The notes below the pieces were generated by a model. The model was not told the DNA's origin. It saw only the letters and a list, made by a program, of their open reading frames with translations, and searched no databases. Below are positions 1 through 8,905 of a stretch of 64,000 nucleotides of DNA, in pieces. Source of the stretch: Candidatus Poribacteria bacterium. GTDB taxonomy: Bacteria; Poribacteria; WGA-4E; WGA-3G. The stretch spans positions 256,001 through 320,000 of the forward strand of contig OZ242029.1 of assembly GCA_965205015.1 (NCBI GenBank), read 5' to 3'. The stretch's first letter is position 1. Each line of letters starts with the position of its first letter. A program made the position numbers and the translations under genes.

Positions 1-194
1 ACCTGCTATTGCACGGCTCTGAACCGAATACCTCAGATCGACGCCGTTGCGGATTGACGATGCGGTTCGTGCCGCCTGAGGTCCGCGCCGCAAACGATTG
101 GAACCAACGCGCAATTGTTGCCAGAGGCAGCGATCCGAGTGGGCATTGGGTTCACAATCCACGTCCAGATGCGGATAGCATCCCAGAACGATAA
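1..194 (+). CDS. Phytanoyl-CoA dioxygenase (PhyH) family protein, C-terminal part (5' truncated by window)
   Basis: Frame from nt 3 reads LLLHGSEPNTSDRRRCGLTMRF, matching the H-G-S-x-x-N-x-S-x-x-x-R C-terminal motif of PhyH-type Fe/2OG dioxygenases. Confidence 0.75.
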   Translation, partial: LLLHGSEPNTSDRRRCGLTMRFVPPEVRAANDWNQRAIVARGSDPSGHWVHNPRPDADSIPER

Positions 195-219
195 AATTTT
201 TGAAGGACAATCCTACATA

Positions 220-1476
220 ATGTTTCCACGACGACTTATCTATGCTGCGATCTCAATCAGTAGTGCCGCCTGTTTTGTGCTATTCGGTTATGAATTTATC
301 CGTTCCGTGTCCTCCTCCCTGTTTATTGAAGCGTATGGTGCCGAGAATCTTCCGCGGGGTATGGTGGCGGTCCCACCGAGTATGATCGTGATGCTGTACT
401 GCTACGGTCGACTGCTCTCATGGATGGGAGCGACCCGTGCCTTGGCAATCACCTCGCTTTTTTCTGCTATTTTAATCCTCGGATGCTACGCTGCGCTGTC
501 CCGCGGTATGAGTTTCGCCGCGGCGATCATCTACGTGTTCCGCGAAGCCTATATCGTAATCATCATCGAGCAGTTCTGGTCGTTTGTGAACAGTGTCCTA
601 ACGACCGAACAAGCGAAACGCATTAATGGACCTTTCTGCGCCGTTGCCTCTGTTGGATCGTTTCTCGGTGGTACGCTTGTGAGCAAATTGGCAACCGTGT
701 TAGGTACCGAAGCGTTATTATTATTCACAGCAGGGTCCCTCGTCCCGACGGCGGCCCTTGGTGTGCTTGCCTACAAGTTTGGTGGTGAACCCCAACCCAG
801 TGCAGAAGAGACGGGTGGTAGACTCGGACACATCGGCGTAAAAACGCTCTTGCGTTCCAGATACCTGATTTTCATCGGGGTATTGATCATAAGCACACAG
901 ATAGTGTCCACTGTGCTGGATCTGCGGTTCAATGCGTTGGCTGAAATGGAGAGACCTGATACGGATACACGGACCGCATTTTTCGGCTCGGTCTACGGAA
1001 ACCTCGGATTGGCGGCGGGTATTTTGCAACTGGTCGCTGTGCCACTCGCCCTCAGATTCATCGCACTCCGTTACATTCACCTCACGATCCCGATAGTCCA
1101 CTTCGTCAGTAGTCTTATATTGACGGTTTCTCCCTCACTCCGAACCGGGACAGCGGCGTATGTGACGTTTAAAGCCTTAGATTACTCGCTTTTCCGGGCA
1201 GGCAAGGAACTGTTCTATATGCCGCTCTCTTACGATTCTCGGTATCGCGCGAAACAGGTTATCGATGCTTTCGGGTACCGCTTCTCAAAGGGTGGGAGTG
1301 CAGGCGTGATTGAACTGGTGAGATTGGGCGTAGAGACAATCGCGGGTGTCGCATACTCCATCACGGCTATGGTGGTAGCAGCATTGTGGGCACCGATTGC
1401 CTTCGGTCTGGTGCGGATGTACCAGAAGTTGGAGAAGGTTGAAAAATCAGGAGGCACAACGTCCGAAACGCTGTAA
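220..1476 (+). CDS. NTT/TLC-family (Npt1/Npt2-like ATP/ADP or nucleotide) MFS transporter
   Basis: About 12 hydrophobic segments; motifs QFWSFVN..A.R, YSLFRAGKELFYMPL, RYRAKQVIDAFGYRFSKG typical of TLC-family carriers; ATG at 220 preferred over ORF-track start 115, which overlaps the upstream gene. Confidence 0.75.
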   Translation: MFPRRLIYAAISISSAACFVLFGYEFIRSVSSSLFIEAYGAENLPRGMVAVPPSMIVMLYCYGRLLSWMGATRALAITSLFSAILILGCYAALSRGMSFAAAIIYVFREAYIVIIIEQFWSFVNSVLTTEQAKRINGPFCAVASVGSFLGGTLVSKLATVLGTEALLLFTAGSLVPTAALGVLAYKFGGEPQPSAEETGGRLGHIGVKTLLRSRYLIFIGVLIISTQIVSTVLDLRFNALAEMERPDTDTRTAFFGSVYGNLGLAAGILQLVAVPLALRFIALRYIHLTIPIVHFVSSLILTVSPSLRTGTAAYVTFKALDYSLFRAGKELFYMPLSYDSRYRAKQVIDAFGYRFSKGGSAGVIELVRLGVETIAGVAYSITAMVVAALWAPIAFGLVRMYQKLEKVEKSGGTTSETL

Positions 1477-1482
1477 TTTGCT

Positions 1483-1716
1483 GTAGGTTGGGTTGAACGG
1501 AACTGATAAGCCCAATGTTAATATCCCAGATACACGTCAAATCCAATACACCGTCATATACACGCAAGGACAGAGTGAAACCCAACGCATTCTTACACCT
1601 ATAGTTTAAATTGTTGGGTTTCGCTATAGTCCATCCATACCAACGGGACATGGAAAAGCGGAGTCCTCCATGTAAACGAGATAGATGTTTGTCTTTTACC
1701 GCTCAACCCAACCTAC
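1483..1716. repeat. GTAG-type REP/REPIN-like palindromic element between convergent genes
   Basis: Ends GTAGGTTGGGTTGAACGG and CCGCTCAACCCAACCTAC are inverted repeats; inner inverted pair GAAACCCAAC / GTTGGGTTTC. Confidence 0.75.
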
Positions 1717-1723
1717 GAAATCT

Positions 1724-2707
1724 CTAAATTTCATAACGCACAAGTTTCCGTGCTGCATCCACAATCTGCTCGGCGTTGGGAATAACAAAATTCTCCATCA
1801 CCGGTGCAAACGGAACAGGCACAGGCGCAGCTGCGACTCGCTCGATGGGCGCATCGAGATAGTCAAACGCCTCTCGCACGACAAGCGCGGCAATCTCCGC
1901 ACCGAATCCTGCCCGACCGACCGCCTCGTGTGCGATGAGCAACCGGTTCGTTTTCTTAACAGAGTCGAGAATGCTGTCTTTGTCAAGCGGCATCAACGTC
2001 CGCGGATCGATAATTTCAGCAGAGATACCTTCAGCGGCAAGCGTGTCTGCGGCGGTGAGGGCATTCAAGACCATTCGTGACGTCGCAAGAATTGTAATAT
2101 CTTCACCCTCACGCTTGACATCCGCGACACCCAACGGAATTGTGTATTCCTCGTCAGGGATCTCACCCTCCTCTGTGTAGAGAAGTTTGTGCTCAATAAA
2201 CATGATGGGATTGTCGTCTCGGATGGCTGTTTTCAGCAAACCCTTCGCATCATAGGGTGTAGAGGGCATCACGACGAGTAGCCCTGGGATATGCACGAAC
2301 CACGCTTCAAGGCTCTGTGCATGCTGTGCTGCCGAGGATCGCCCCGCGCCGCCCTGGGTCCGAATCACGAGTGGTACATCCAGCTGTCCACCCACCATAT
2401 AACGGATCTTGGCGACTTGGTTCACGATCTGGTCCATGCCTACCGCCGTGAAGTCGATGTACATCAACTCCGCAACAGGACGCATCCCTGTGACCGCCGC
2501 GCCGAGTGCAGTCCCGATGATAGCGGCTTCCGAGATCGGTGTGTTTCGGATTCGGTCTTTCCCGAATTCTTGGAACAGTCCATCTGTGACTTTGTAGGCA
2601 CCGCCGTATTCAGCGATATCCTCGCCCATCAGAAAGACGGCATCATCGCGTTCCATCTCCTCTACGAGTGCTTCCTTGAGCGCGTCGCGATACGTAATTA
2701 TTTTCAT
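1724..2707 (-). CDS. 2-oxoacid/acetoin dehydrogenase E1 component beta subunit (PdhB/AcoB-like)
   Basis: Motifs MGEDI, NTPISEAAIIG, RPVAELMYIDF, AQHAQSLEAWF, TPYDAKGLL, transketolase C-terminal domain. Confidence 0.93.
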   Translation of the reverse strand: MKIITYRDALKEALVEEMERDDAVFLMGEDIAEYGGAYKVTDGLFQEFGKDRIRNTPISEAAIIGTALGAAVTGMRPVAELMYIDFTAVGMDQIVNQVAKIRYMVGGQLDVPLVIRTQGGAGRSSAAQHAQSLEAWFVHIPGLLVVMPSTPYDAKGLLKTAIRDDNPIMFIEHKLLYTEEGEIPDEEYTIPLGVADVKREGEDITILATSRMVLNALTAADTLAAEGISAEIIDPRTLMPLDKDSILDSVKKTNRLLIAHEAVGRAGFGAEIAALVVREAFDYLDAPIERVAAAPVPVPFAPVMENFVIPNAEQIVDAARKLVRYEI

Positions 2708-2739
2708 TTTTTTAATTTACCTTAAGATTTCGTTTAAAT

Positions 2740-3117
2740 TTAATGGGTTAGCGCGATAATCGAGACAATGAGTGCGGCAACCGCACAGATCGCTACAACC
2801 CAATCCTTGAGAACCGAGAATCCCGCTTTCCGTCCTCACAATTCAGCGATACCTGTCTCAACGCCTCGGAGCCGCGTATCAATGTCATCCAATCGCTGCG
2901 TATGGCGCGCATCCATATCATCTAAACGCTGGGTGTGGCGCGCCTCCATTTCATTCAATCGCTGGGTGTGGCGCGCATCCATATCACCCAGCTGCTTTGT
3001 GTGGCGCGCATCCATATCACCCAGCTGCTTTGTGTGGCGCGCATCCATATCATCCAATCGCTTAGACAACTCATCTAATCGCTTAGACAACAGCTCATAC
3101 AACTCTTGAATCGTCAT
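2740..3117 (-). pseudogene. Coiled-coil repeat protein with C-terminal membrane anchor, interrupted by in-frame TGA at 2836-2838
   Basis: MTIQELYELL...(DARHTxxLxDM)x5...IAEL*GRKAGFSVLKDWVVAICAVAALIVSIIALTH*; frame stays open after the TGA and encodes a TM helix; GAGG upstream of ATG 3117. Confidence 0.6.
2887..3060. repeat. 33-bp tandem coding repeat (about 5 copies)
   Basis: Unit GTGGCGCGCATCCATATCACCCAGCTGCTTTGT and variants; encodes 11-aa repeats on the minus strand. Confidence 0.9.
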
Positions 3118-3230
3118 TTCTATATTTTCCCTCATTTTTGGTATCCCCTTGTGAAGTGCTAAAAAGCAGGTGCCCTGCCAAGACCTCGCGCCGATACGCT
3201 GAAACCTGACAAACACCATGATACCTTTTT

Positions 3231-4586
3231 TTATCCGTTTGTCAACGCTTTCTCCGCCTTCAGCCACTCAAGCGTCTGCGCAAACGCTGCGACTGTCGCC
3301 GTGACATCTTCCGCCGTGTGCGCCGCGGTCGTCATTCCACCATTACTGGCGAGATCAATCCCGTTGAGCAGTAGACCGCACCGGAGACGCATCAGCATGT
3401 CGGCGTCGCTACTCCCTTTCAATTTCCGATAATCCCATGCGTATGGATCGAAATCTGAAGTCCGCATCCCCTTTTCACCGTGTCCGACGAGCAGTTTAAG
3501 CCCTGAAAATTCACCGTAAACGACCCAATCCAGCCCATAGTCATCAATGACGTTGTTCAGTTCGGTGCGAAGACGTGCTGCGGTGTGATTCGCTTGTTCA
3601 TGCGGTTCGCCTGTCTTGATGATGTTGAGCATGGCAATGCCAGCAGCCGCGGAGAGGGGATTCGCATTAAAGGTGCCGGGATGCGGCATCTTTAAGCCGT
3701 CGCGTTCTGATTTCATGGAAATGAGTTCAAGCACCTCCGTTTTGCCTGCAAGCGCGCCACCGGGAAGCCCACCCGCCAAAATCTTCGCGAGCGTTGTCAT
3801 ATCCGGCGTGACGTTGTAATGCGCCTGCGCGCCACCGGGTGCGACCCGGAATCCCGTAATAACTTCATCGAAAATCAGCAGCACATCGTGCGCCGCTGTC
3901 AATTCACGCAGCTGCTTCAAAAATGTGCCGTTTGTAGGGACAATACCGAAGGATGCGCCTGTCGGTTCAAGGATGATACAGGCGATGTCTTTATCCGTTT
4001 TCAAGAGCGTTTCAACGGCATCAATGTCGTTCGGTGGACAGAGAAGCGTTGTATTACGCACCTCTTCTGGGATACCGGGGACGTTCATATCAAAAGGTGG
4101 GTATGCGCCTAAGATGACGCTGTCATGCCAACCGTGGAAATGCCCGGCAAATTTCAGCACCTTATTCTTACCGGTATAGGTGCGTGCAAGCCGGATCGCC
4201 ATCAGTGTCGCCTCTGTTCCGGAACTGACGAATCGGACGCGTTCCGCTGAGGGGACCAGTTGTGTGACGAGCGACCCCCATTCCATCTCCAACGGGTGGC
4301 ACGCGCCGTAGTGCGTTCCTCGATGCATCTGTGCTGTTACGGCTTCTACGACCTCCGGCGGATTATGTCCGAGGAGGAGGGCACCGTGTCCCGCCCAATA
4401 GTCAATAAATTGCTTGTCTTCGAGTCCCCATTTCTTCGAGCCATCGGCACGCGTGATATAAACCGGAAACGGCGACATATAGCGTCCATCATGCGTTACG
4501 CCGTCAGGAAATAGATGATTCGCGGCATCGGACATCTCTCGATCTTTTGCAAAAGTCTTTTGGTAGCGTTCTAAAATGGTGTGCAT
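3231..4586 (-). CDS. Class III PLP aminotransferase, glutamate-1-semialdehyde aminomutase (HemL)-like
   Basis: VRFVSSGTEAT, GHFHGWHD, LIFDEVITGFR, TTLAKILAGGLP (PLP lysine), PGTFNANP. Confidence 0.9.
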   Translation of the reverse strand: MHTILERYQKTFAKDREMSDAANHLFPDGVTHDGRYMSPFPVYITRADGSKKWGLEDKQFIDYWAGHGALLLGHNPPEVVEAVTAQMHRGTHYGACHPLEMEWGSLVTQLVPSAERVRFVSSGTEATLMAIRLARTYTGKNKVLKFAGHFHGWHDSVILGAYPPFDMNVPGIPEEVRNTTLLCPPNDIDAVETLLKTDKDIACIILEPTGASFGIVPTNGTFLKQLRELTAAHDVLLIFDEVITGFRVAPGGAQAHYNVTPDMTTLAKILAGGLPGGALAGKTEVLELISMKSERDGLKMPHPGTFNANPLSAAAGIAMLNIIKTGEPHEQANHTAARLRTELNNVIDDYGLDWVVYGEFSGLKLLVGHGEKGMRTSDFDPYAWDYRKLKGSSDADMLMRLRCGLLLNGIDLASNGGMTTAAHTAEDVTATVAAFAQTLEWLKAEKALTNG

Positions 4587-4689
4587 CTTTTTCTCCCCAC
4601 TTTTCTCGGTGTTTGTGAAAATTATATCATATTTCCATTTTATTTGCGAAACGAATTTTCAATGTGGCTCCGTAGCTCTGTTAAAATAT

Positions 4690-4718
4690 TTGACAAATTT
4701 CGCATCCGCTTCTATAAT
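4690..4718 (+). promoter_or_regulatory. Perfect-consensus sigma70 promoter
   Basis: TTGACA(4690-4695)-N17-TATAAT(4713-4718). Confidence 0.85.
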
Positions 4719-4768
4719 AGGATTTATACAATTTTTCCATACGCTAAAATCGACTGAAGGTGCCAAGA

Positions 4769-4936
4769 ATGCAGCACAATCGCACCGCTCTTAACATCGC
4801 CAAACAGATTCTACGGACACACCAGATAGACAGCGTGCCTGTCGCGCCGCGCGGTACCGTGTGCCTCTCAACCACGCGTGTTGCGAACACACTGTTAACA
4901 CCGCCGACCTGCCCCCCCCCACTTTACAAAAATTAA
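4769..4936 (+). CDS. 55-aa leader ORF with C9 tract encoding CPPP (below ORF-track cutoff)
   Basis: GAAGGTG RBS, ATG 4769, MQHNRTALNIAKQILRTHQIDSVPVAPRGTVCLSTTRVANTLLTPPTCPPPLYKN, TAA 4934-4936; C9 at 4912-4920. Confidence 0.6.
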   Translation: MQHNRTALNIAKQILRTHQIDSVPVAPRGTVCLSTTRVANTLLTPPTCPPPLYKN

Positions 4937-4992
4937 GCATTACACGATACAAGCCAACACCGACTTTTATGGTGTCATGCTGTCTTTTTCGC

Positions 4993-5039
4993 GCCCATGC
5001 GTGCTGTTGCTAAACGGTAGCACGTTATGGGCTATTTTT
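4993..5039 (+). terminator. Intrinsic terminator-like hairpin in the leader of the 1205-aa gene
   Basis: GCCCAT-GCGTGCT...AGCACG-TT-ATGGGC stem followed by TATTTTTG. Confidence 0.6.
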
Positions 5040-5125
5040 GTTGCCGTCTCGATGATCTACCGAAAAACCTTCCCATTCAGCAAAGGGACCCCTAACCATA
5101 AAAACGCGAGAGGTATTTTCAAAAA

Positions 5126-8100
5126 ATGTTAAAATCTGTCTACACCTTTTCTGTCTGTTTCATTCTTTTTCTCACATTGCTCCATCCAGCAAACGCAGCC
5201 CCAACTGACCCTGTGAACATCTCCGACGCTGCCCTCCGGGCTGCCATCGAAACCGAACTCGGCAAGAATCCCGGAGACACAATCACCGAAGCGGATATGG
5301 AGCAACTGACGAATCTCAAGAAAAACAACCTTGACATTCGGGAGCTAACGGGTTTGGAGCATGCCATCAACCTCACTGAGCTGCAATTAATTCGCCCGCA
5401 GCCCCGAACTCAGGCAGAGATAGACGCACGCCCTCGTTGGGATCTCACGCCCCTTTCAGGCCTAACGAACTTGGAATGGCTGAACTTTGAAGGTGTTGTA
5501 ATTTTCGACATGAAACCCCTGGCGAATTTAACAAAACTTAAATTCTTATCACTTAACTCTACTTATGGCATCAGCGAGGTCCCCGACCTATCGAAACTCA
5601 CAGCGTTGGTCCACCTAAGACTTACCAGAAATCGCCTCACGAACATAGCAGGGGTCAGAGGTCTCACAAATTTGAGAGACCTAAGTCTTGCGGTAAATCC
5701 GAACCTCTCGGATATATCGCCCCTGACGAGTTTAAGCAATTTGGAAGTTTTGTTCCTTGATGGGACCGCCATCACCCGCGAATCTCTATCAGCCGTGCTA
5801 CCCTCTTTCTCAACAGAAATTGATCAACAGCAAATAGAAGAAGCATACCCTTCTCACAGCATTAAATCGGGGCAATTAAGTTTTGAGAATACCAACATCT
5901 CCGACCTCTCCGTGTTAGACCGCTTACCCAACGTGTTCTTGGAGAGGCTGCGTATGAAATACATGGGCACCGTATCTAGCGGGACACTCTTTTTCCATCT
6001 GACGGATCTCACCCCTTTGGTGGACCTCATGAACAAGGGAAAAGTCATAAATAGCAATACCAATATTTATTTGAGGTATAACCTCGGGCTCGACTATGAG
6101 TCCCTCTACGAAGACATACCCGCACTCTTAGCCGGTAGTGGAGACTTCCTATATACGGAACCTAACCCTATGCTTGAGATAGAACCACCCCCGCCCCCTA
6201 TGGTTGAGATAGACCTTCAGGAAAAGACAGAAGCATCCTACAGGGGGTATCCCAGAACACGCTACACGTTTAAGGTGCGTGCCGTTAATGAACATTCCGT
6301 CCTCTCTCCAGCATCGTTCTTGACACCACGCCTCATGCGAGATGGTGACGACAACCGGCAATTCGAGAAGGTGCCTGTCACCTTTACCGTTACCGCGCCT
6401 GATGGCAGCAGCGAGATAATGGATCCTGTCAAAACAGGACCCGATGGATTGGCATCCGTCACCATTACCCTTGGAAATGAGGGCGAAACGCATACCGTGA
6501 CAGCAGTCGTCCCAGAAAAGACGACATCCGTCGCTGAACTGTTACATTCCGAACTCAGCGTGCGTTTCACCGTCACAGCAGATGGGACAGTCGAACCGCC
6601 GCCGAGACCGCCACAACCGCCCTCTACTCCTAAACTGACGGTGACCTTTGAGGACTACCCCGAAGAGAAGCCGATCGATGAATTTACGCTCACGATCAAA
6701 TTCTCTGAACCCATCATCGGTTTCGAGACGGAGGACCTCACGGTAGAGACAGAACTCACCAGCGGGAAAGGGGACGCAACCGTGCTAGACTTGACCCCCG
6801 AAACACCAATACACCCCGATAGACCCGACCCTGACCCCATACAGACCTACACCGCAACCGTGGAACTTCCGTCCCGCGCAAGAGGCACCGTGACGCTCAT
6901 CGTCCGAGAAGATGCCGCAACCACCCCAGCAACTGCCCCTGTGGAGAAGAGAGGTCCCGCTTCAGACACCCCCTCCGACCCTATCGAGTTCGGACGCAGA
7001 CGTGTGATCGTCTGTCCACCATCTGTCGTGCCTATGGAGACAGTCATCTTCAACGAATTTCGAAACGCTGAAAACGACACACACGACTGGATAGAACTCA
7101 AGAACATCTCCGATGAAGACATGTCCCTCGCCGAATGGGAGATCAGTCTTGTCGTCCCGCACGCCATCAGTCCGGCGGCACCGCAACAGGAAATCTTCGC
7201 AATGGATCGGGATGTCGTCGCCTTTGGAGACTATACACTCCCCGCAGGGGGTATCCTGCTGATCGTCAATACCCACCCCAGCGAGACGGATCTGATACGC
7301 GGGCAGGACATCGAAAATCCCAACCGCAACCCCGATCTCCTCCCCCACTATCTCATCGCACCGGAGATGAAGTTGCCGAGTACCCCCTATCTGCTCATCC
7401 TCCGGAGTGTGCGCGATAAGAACGGTCAACACGAAGGCTTTGAAGACCTCGCAGGCGATTACCACAAAGACGATGTCAACTACGCTACCAACATCTGGCC
7501 CCTGCTCTGTACCCCTGTCTATACCGGCACAGAGGCACGGTTCACCGTAGGCGACATCTATCAGCGGGTCATGGTGCCAAAGTTTTCGTCGAGGACCCTG
7601 AACACCACGCCACAGCCGGAGAAACGCGGCTACCTTGAGGGTGCCTGGATGTTGAGCGACTCTCATAGTGGGTTAGGCTATGACCCCGAGGCACCCCCTG
7701 ACAAGAGTCTCGGCACGCCGGGGTATCCGCTGCCGGGACAACCGACTGAAAAGGGATGGGGAAACATCAGTTTTTCTGAGGTGATGTATGCGACGAACGA
7801 TAACGGAGGACTCTCGCAGTGGATAGAACTCTATAACAACACCTCTGAGATCGTGGACCTCACGGATTGGGAGCTCATGATTGAGGCACGCGACAGCAAA
7901 ACCGTCCGACGTTGGACATCGCTTCGGTTCAAACCGCTACACATCAGACCGAACGCAACCGTGCTACTGGTGGGGCGGAACGCCCGAACCTCAGGGAACA
8001 TCCCTGCCGATCGGATTTACGATCTCTACCGTCGCAACATTGCGGCGTTTCGGCGGCTCGGCGAGGGTGCGAACCGATTCCTCGGATGGGAGGGGTTTGC

Positions 8101-8743
8101 GCTGCGGTTGTTCTCCCCCGACGGCACTTTGGTGGATGTTGCGGGGAACCTCGATGGACGGCAAACGCACGATAAACCGAAGTGGGAGTTGCCCGACGGC
8201 TGGACGGAAACCGGGACCCGTACCTCGTTGATCCGGGGGTATGATGCGCGTGTGCCACGGTTAGGGACGCTGCCCGGCAGTTTCGTACGGGCGGCGGATA
8301 CAGCGTTGCTCAAGGGATATTCGTATTGGGGACTTCCGACAGATAATGGGACCCCGGGGTATCGGCGGGGGAGTCCCCTGCCTGTAACACTGTCGAGTGT
8401 GCGTGCGGATCGTGCCGAGGGCGGGGTCGTAGTGGACTGGACGACGCAATCGGAGATGGAGAACGCCGGGTTCTATGTGCTGCGAAGTCAGAACAGCAAA
8501 ACGGGATTCGTGAAAGTGAGCCCGACGCTGATTCCTGGAGCAGGCACGACTGCCGAACGGAGCACGTATACCTACCGAGATACCACGGCGCAACCGAATG
8601 TGCCGTATTATTATCGGCTCGAAGAGGTCTCGCTATCCGGGGAGCGTCGTGTTTTGGCGACCGTGCGGCTACGCGGGCATCTCTCCGCTGCGGGAAAGAC
8701 GCTTTGGAAGTGGGCGGATGTGAAATCCGAGATTTCCCCTTGA
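5126..8743 (+). CDS. Large secreted surface protein: internalin-like LRRs, Ig-like domains, two lamin-tail-like domains, PLPVTL domain and C-terminal GKxxxxW motif
   Basis: Signal peptide (..HPANA); DAALRAAIETELGK cap and LxxLxL repeats; Pro-rich linkers; 'IFNEF..DWIELKN' and 'FSEVMY..QWIELYN' lamin-tail motifs; ends LSAAGKTLWKWADVK. Confidence 0.85.
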   Translation: MLKSVYTFSVCFILFLTLLHPANAAPTDPVNISDAALRAAIETELGKNPGDTITEADMEQLTNLKKNNLDIRELTGLEHAINLTELQLIRPQPRTQAEIDARPRWDLTPLSGLTNLEWLNFEGVVIFDMKPLANLTKLKFLSLNSTYGISEVPDLSKLTALVHLRLTRNRLTNIAGVRGLTNLRDLSLAVNPNLSDISPLTSLSNLEVLFLDGTAITRESLSAVLPSFSTEIDQQQIEEAYPSHSIKSGQLSFENTNISDLSVLDRLPNVFLERLRMKYMGTVSSGTLFFHLTDLTPLVDLMNKGKVINSNTNIYLRYNLGLDYESLYEDIPALLAGSGDFLYTEPNPMLEIEPPPPPMVEIDLQEKTEASYRGYPRTRYTFKVRAVNEHSVLSPASFLTPRLMRDGDDNRQFEKVPVTFTVTAPDGSSEIMDPVKTGPDGLASVTITLGNEGETHTVTAVVPEKTTSVAELLHSELSVRFTVTADGTVEPPPRPPQPPSTPKLTVTFEDYPEEKPIDEFTLTIKFSEPIIGFETEDLTVETELTSGKGDATVLDLTPETPIHPDRPDPDPIQTYTATVELPSRARGTVTLIVREDAATTPATAPVEKRGPASDTPSDPIEFGRRRVIVCPPSVVPMETVIFNEFRNAENDTHDWIELKNISDEDMSLAEWEISLVVPHAISPAAPQQEIFAMDRDVVAFGDYTLPAGGILLIVNTHPSETDLIRGQDIENPNRNPDLLPHYLIAPEMKLPSTPYLLILRSVRDKNGQHEGFEDLAGDYHKDDVNYATNIWPLLCTPVYTGTEARFTVGDIYQRVMVPKFSSRTLNTTPQPEKRGYLEGAWMLSDSHSGLGYDPEAPPDKSLGTPGYPLPGQPTEKGWGNISFSEVMYATNDNGGLSQWIELYNNTSEIVDLTDWELMIEARDSKTVRRWTSLRFKPLHIRPNATVLLVGRNARTSGNIPADRIYDLYRRNIAAFRRLGEGANRFLGWEGFALRLFSPDGTLVDVAGNLDGRQTHDKPKWELPDGWTETGTRTSLIRGYDARVPRLGTLPGSFVRAADTALLKGYSYWGLPTDNGTPGYRRGSPLPVTLSSVRADRAEGGVVVDWTTQSEMENAGFYVLRSQNSKTGFVKVSPTLIPGAGTTAERSTYTYRDTTAQPNVPYYYRLEEVSLSGERRVLATVRLRGHLSAAGKTLWKWADVKSEISP

Positions 8744-8768
8744 TAATCTCTCCAAGATACGGTATAAT
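8740..8768 (+). promoter_or_regulatory. sigma70 promoter (probably the original argJ promoter)
   Basis: TTGATA-N17-TATAAT. Confidence 0.65.
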
Positions 8769-8786
8769 TAGTGCTACACTATTCCC

Positions 8787-8829
8787 CAAGGAGCGTTTTA
8801 TGAAACAGATAGATGGCGGGATTACAACG
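8787..8829 (+). repeat. Degenerate duplicate of argJ RBS and first codons
   Basis: CAAGGAGC-N5-ATGAAACAGATAGATGGCGGGATTAC versus CAAGGAGC-N5-ATGAAACAGATAGAAGGCGGAATCAC at 9781 (MKQIDGGIT versus MKQIEGGIT). Confidence 0.85.
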
Positions 8830-8905
8830 CACTTATTGTTACCGACCCGCCAACGACTGTGCTTGAAAACAGCGACGATGCCGCGGATAGGTATGGAGAG
8901 GTTTG

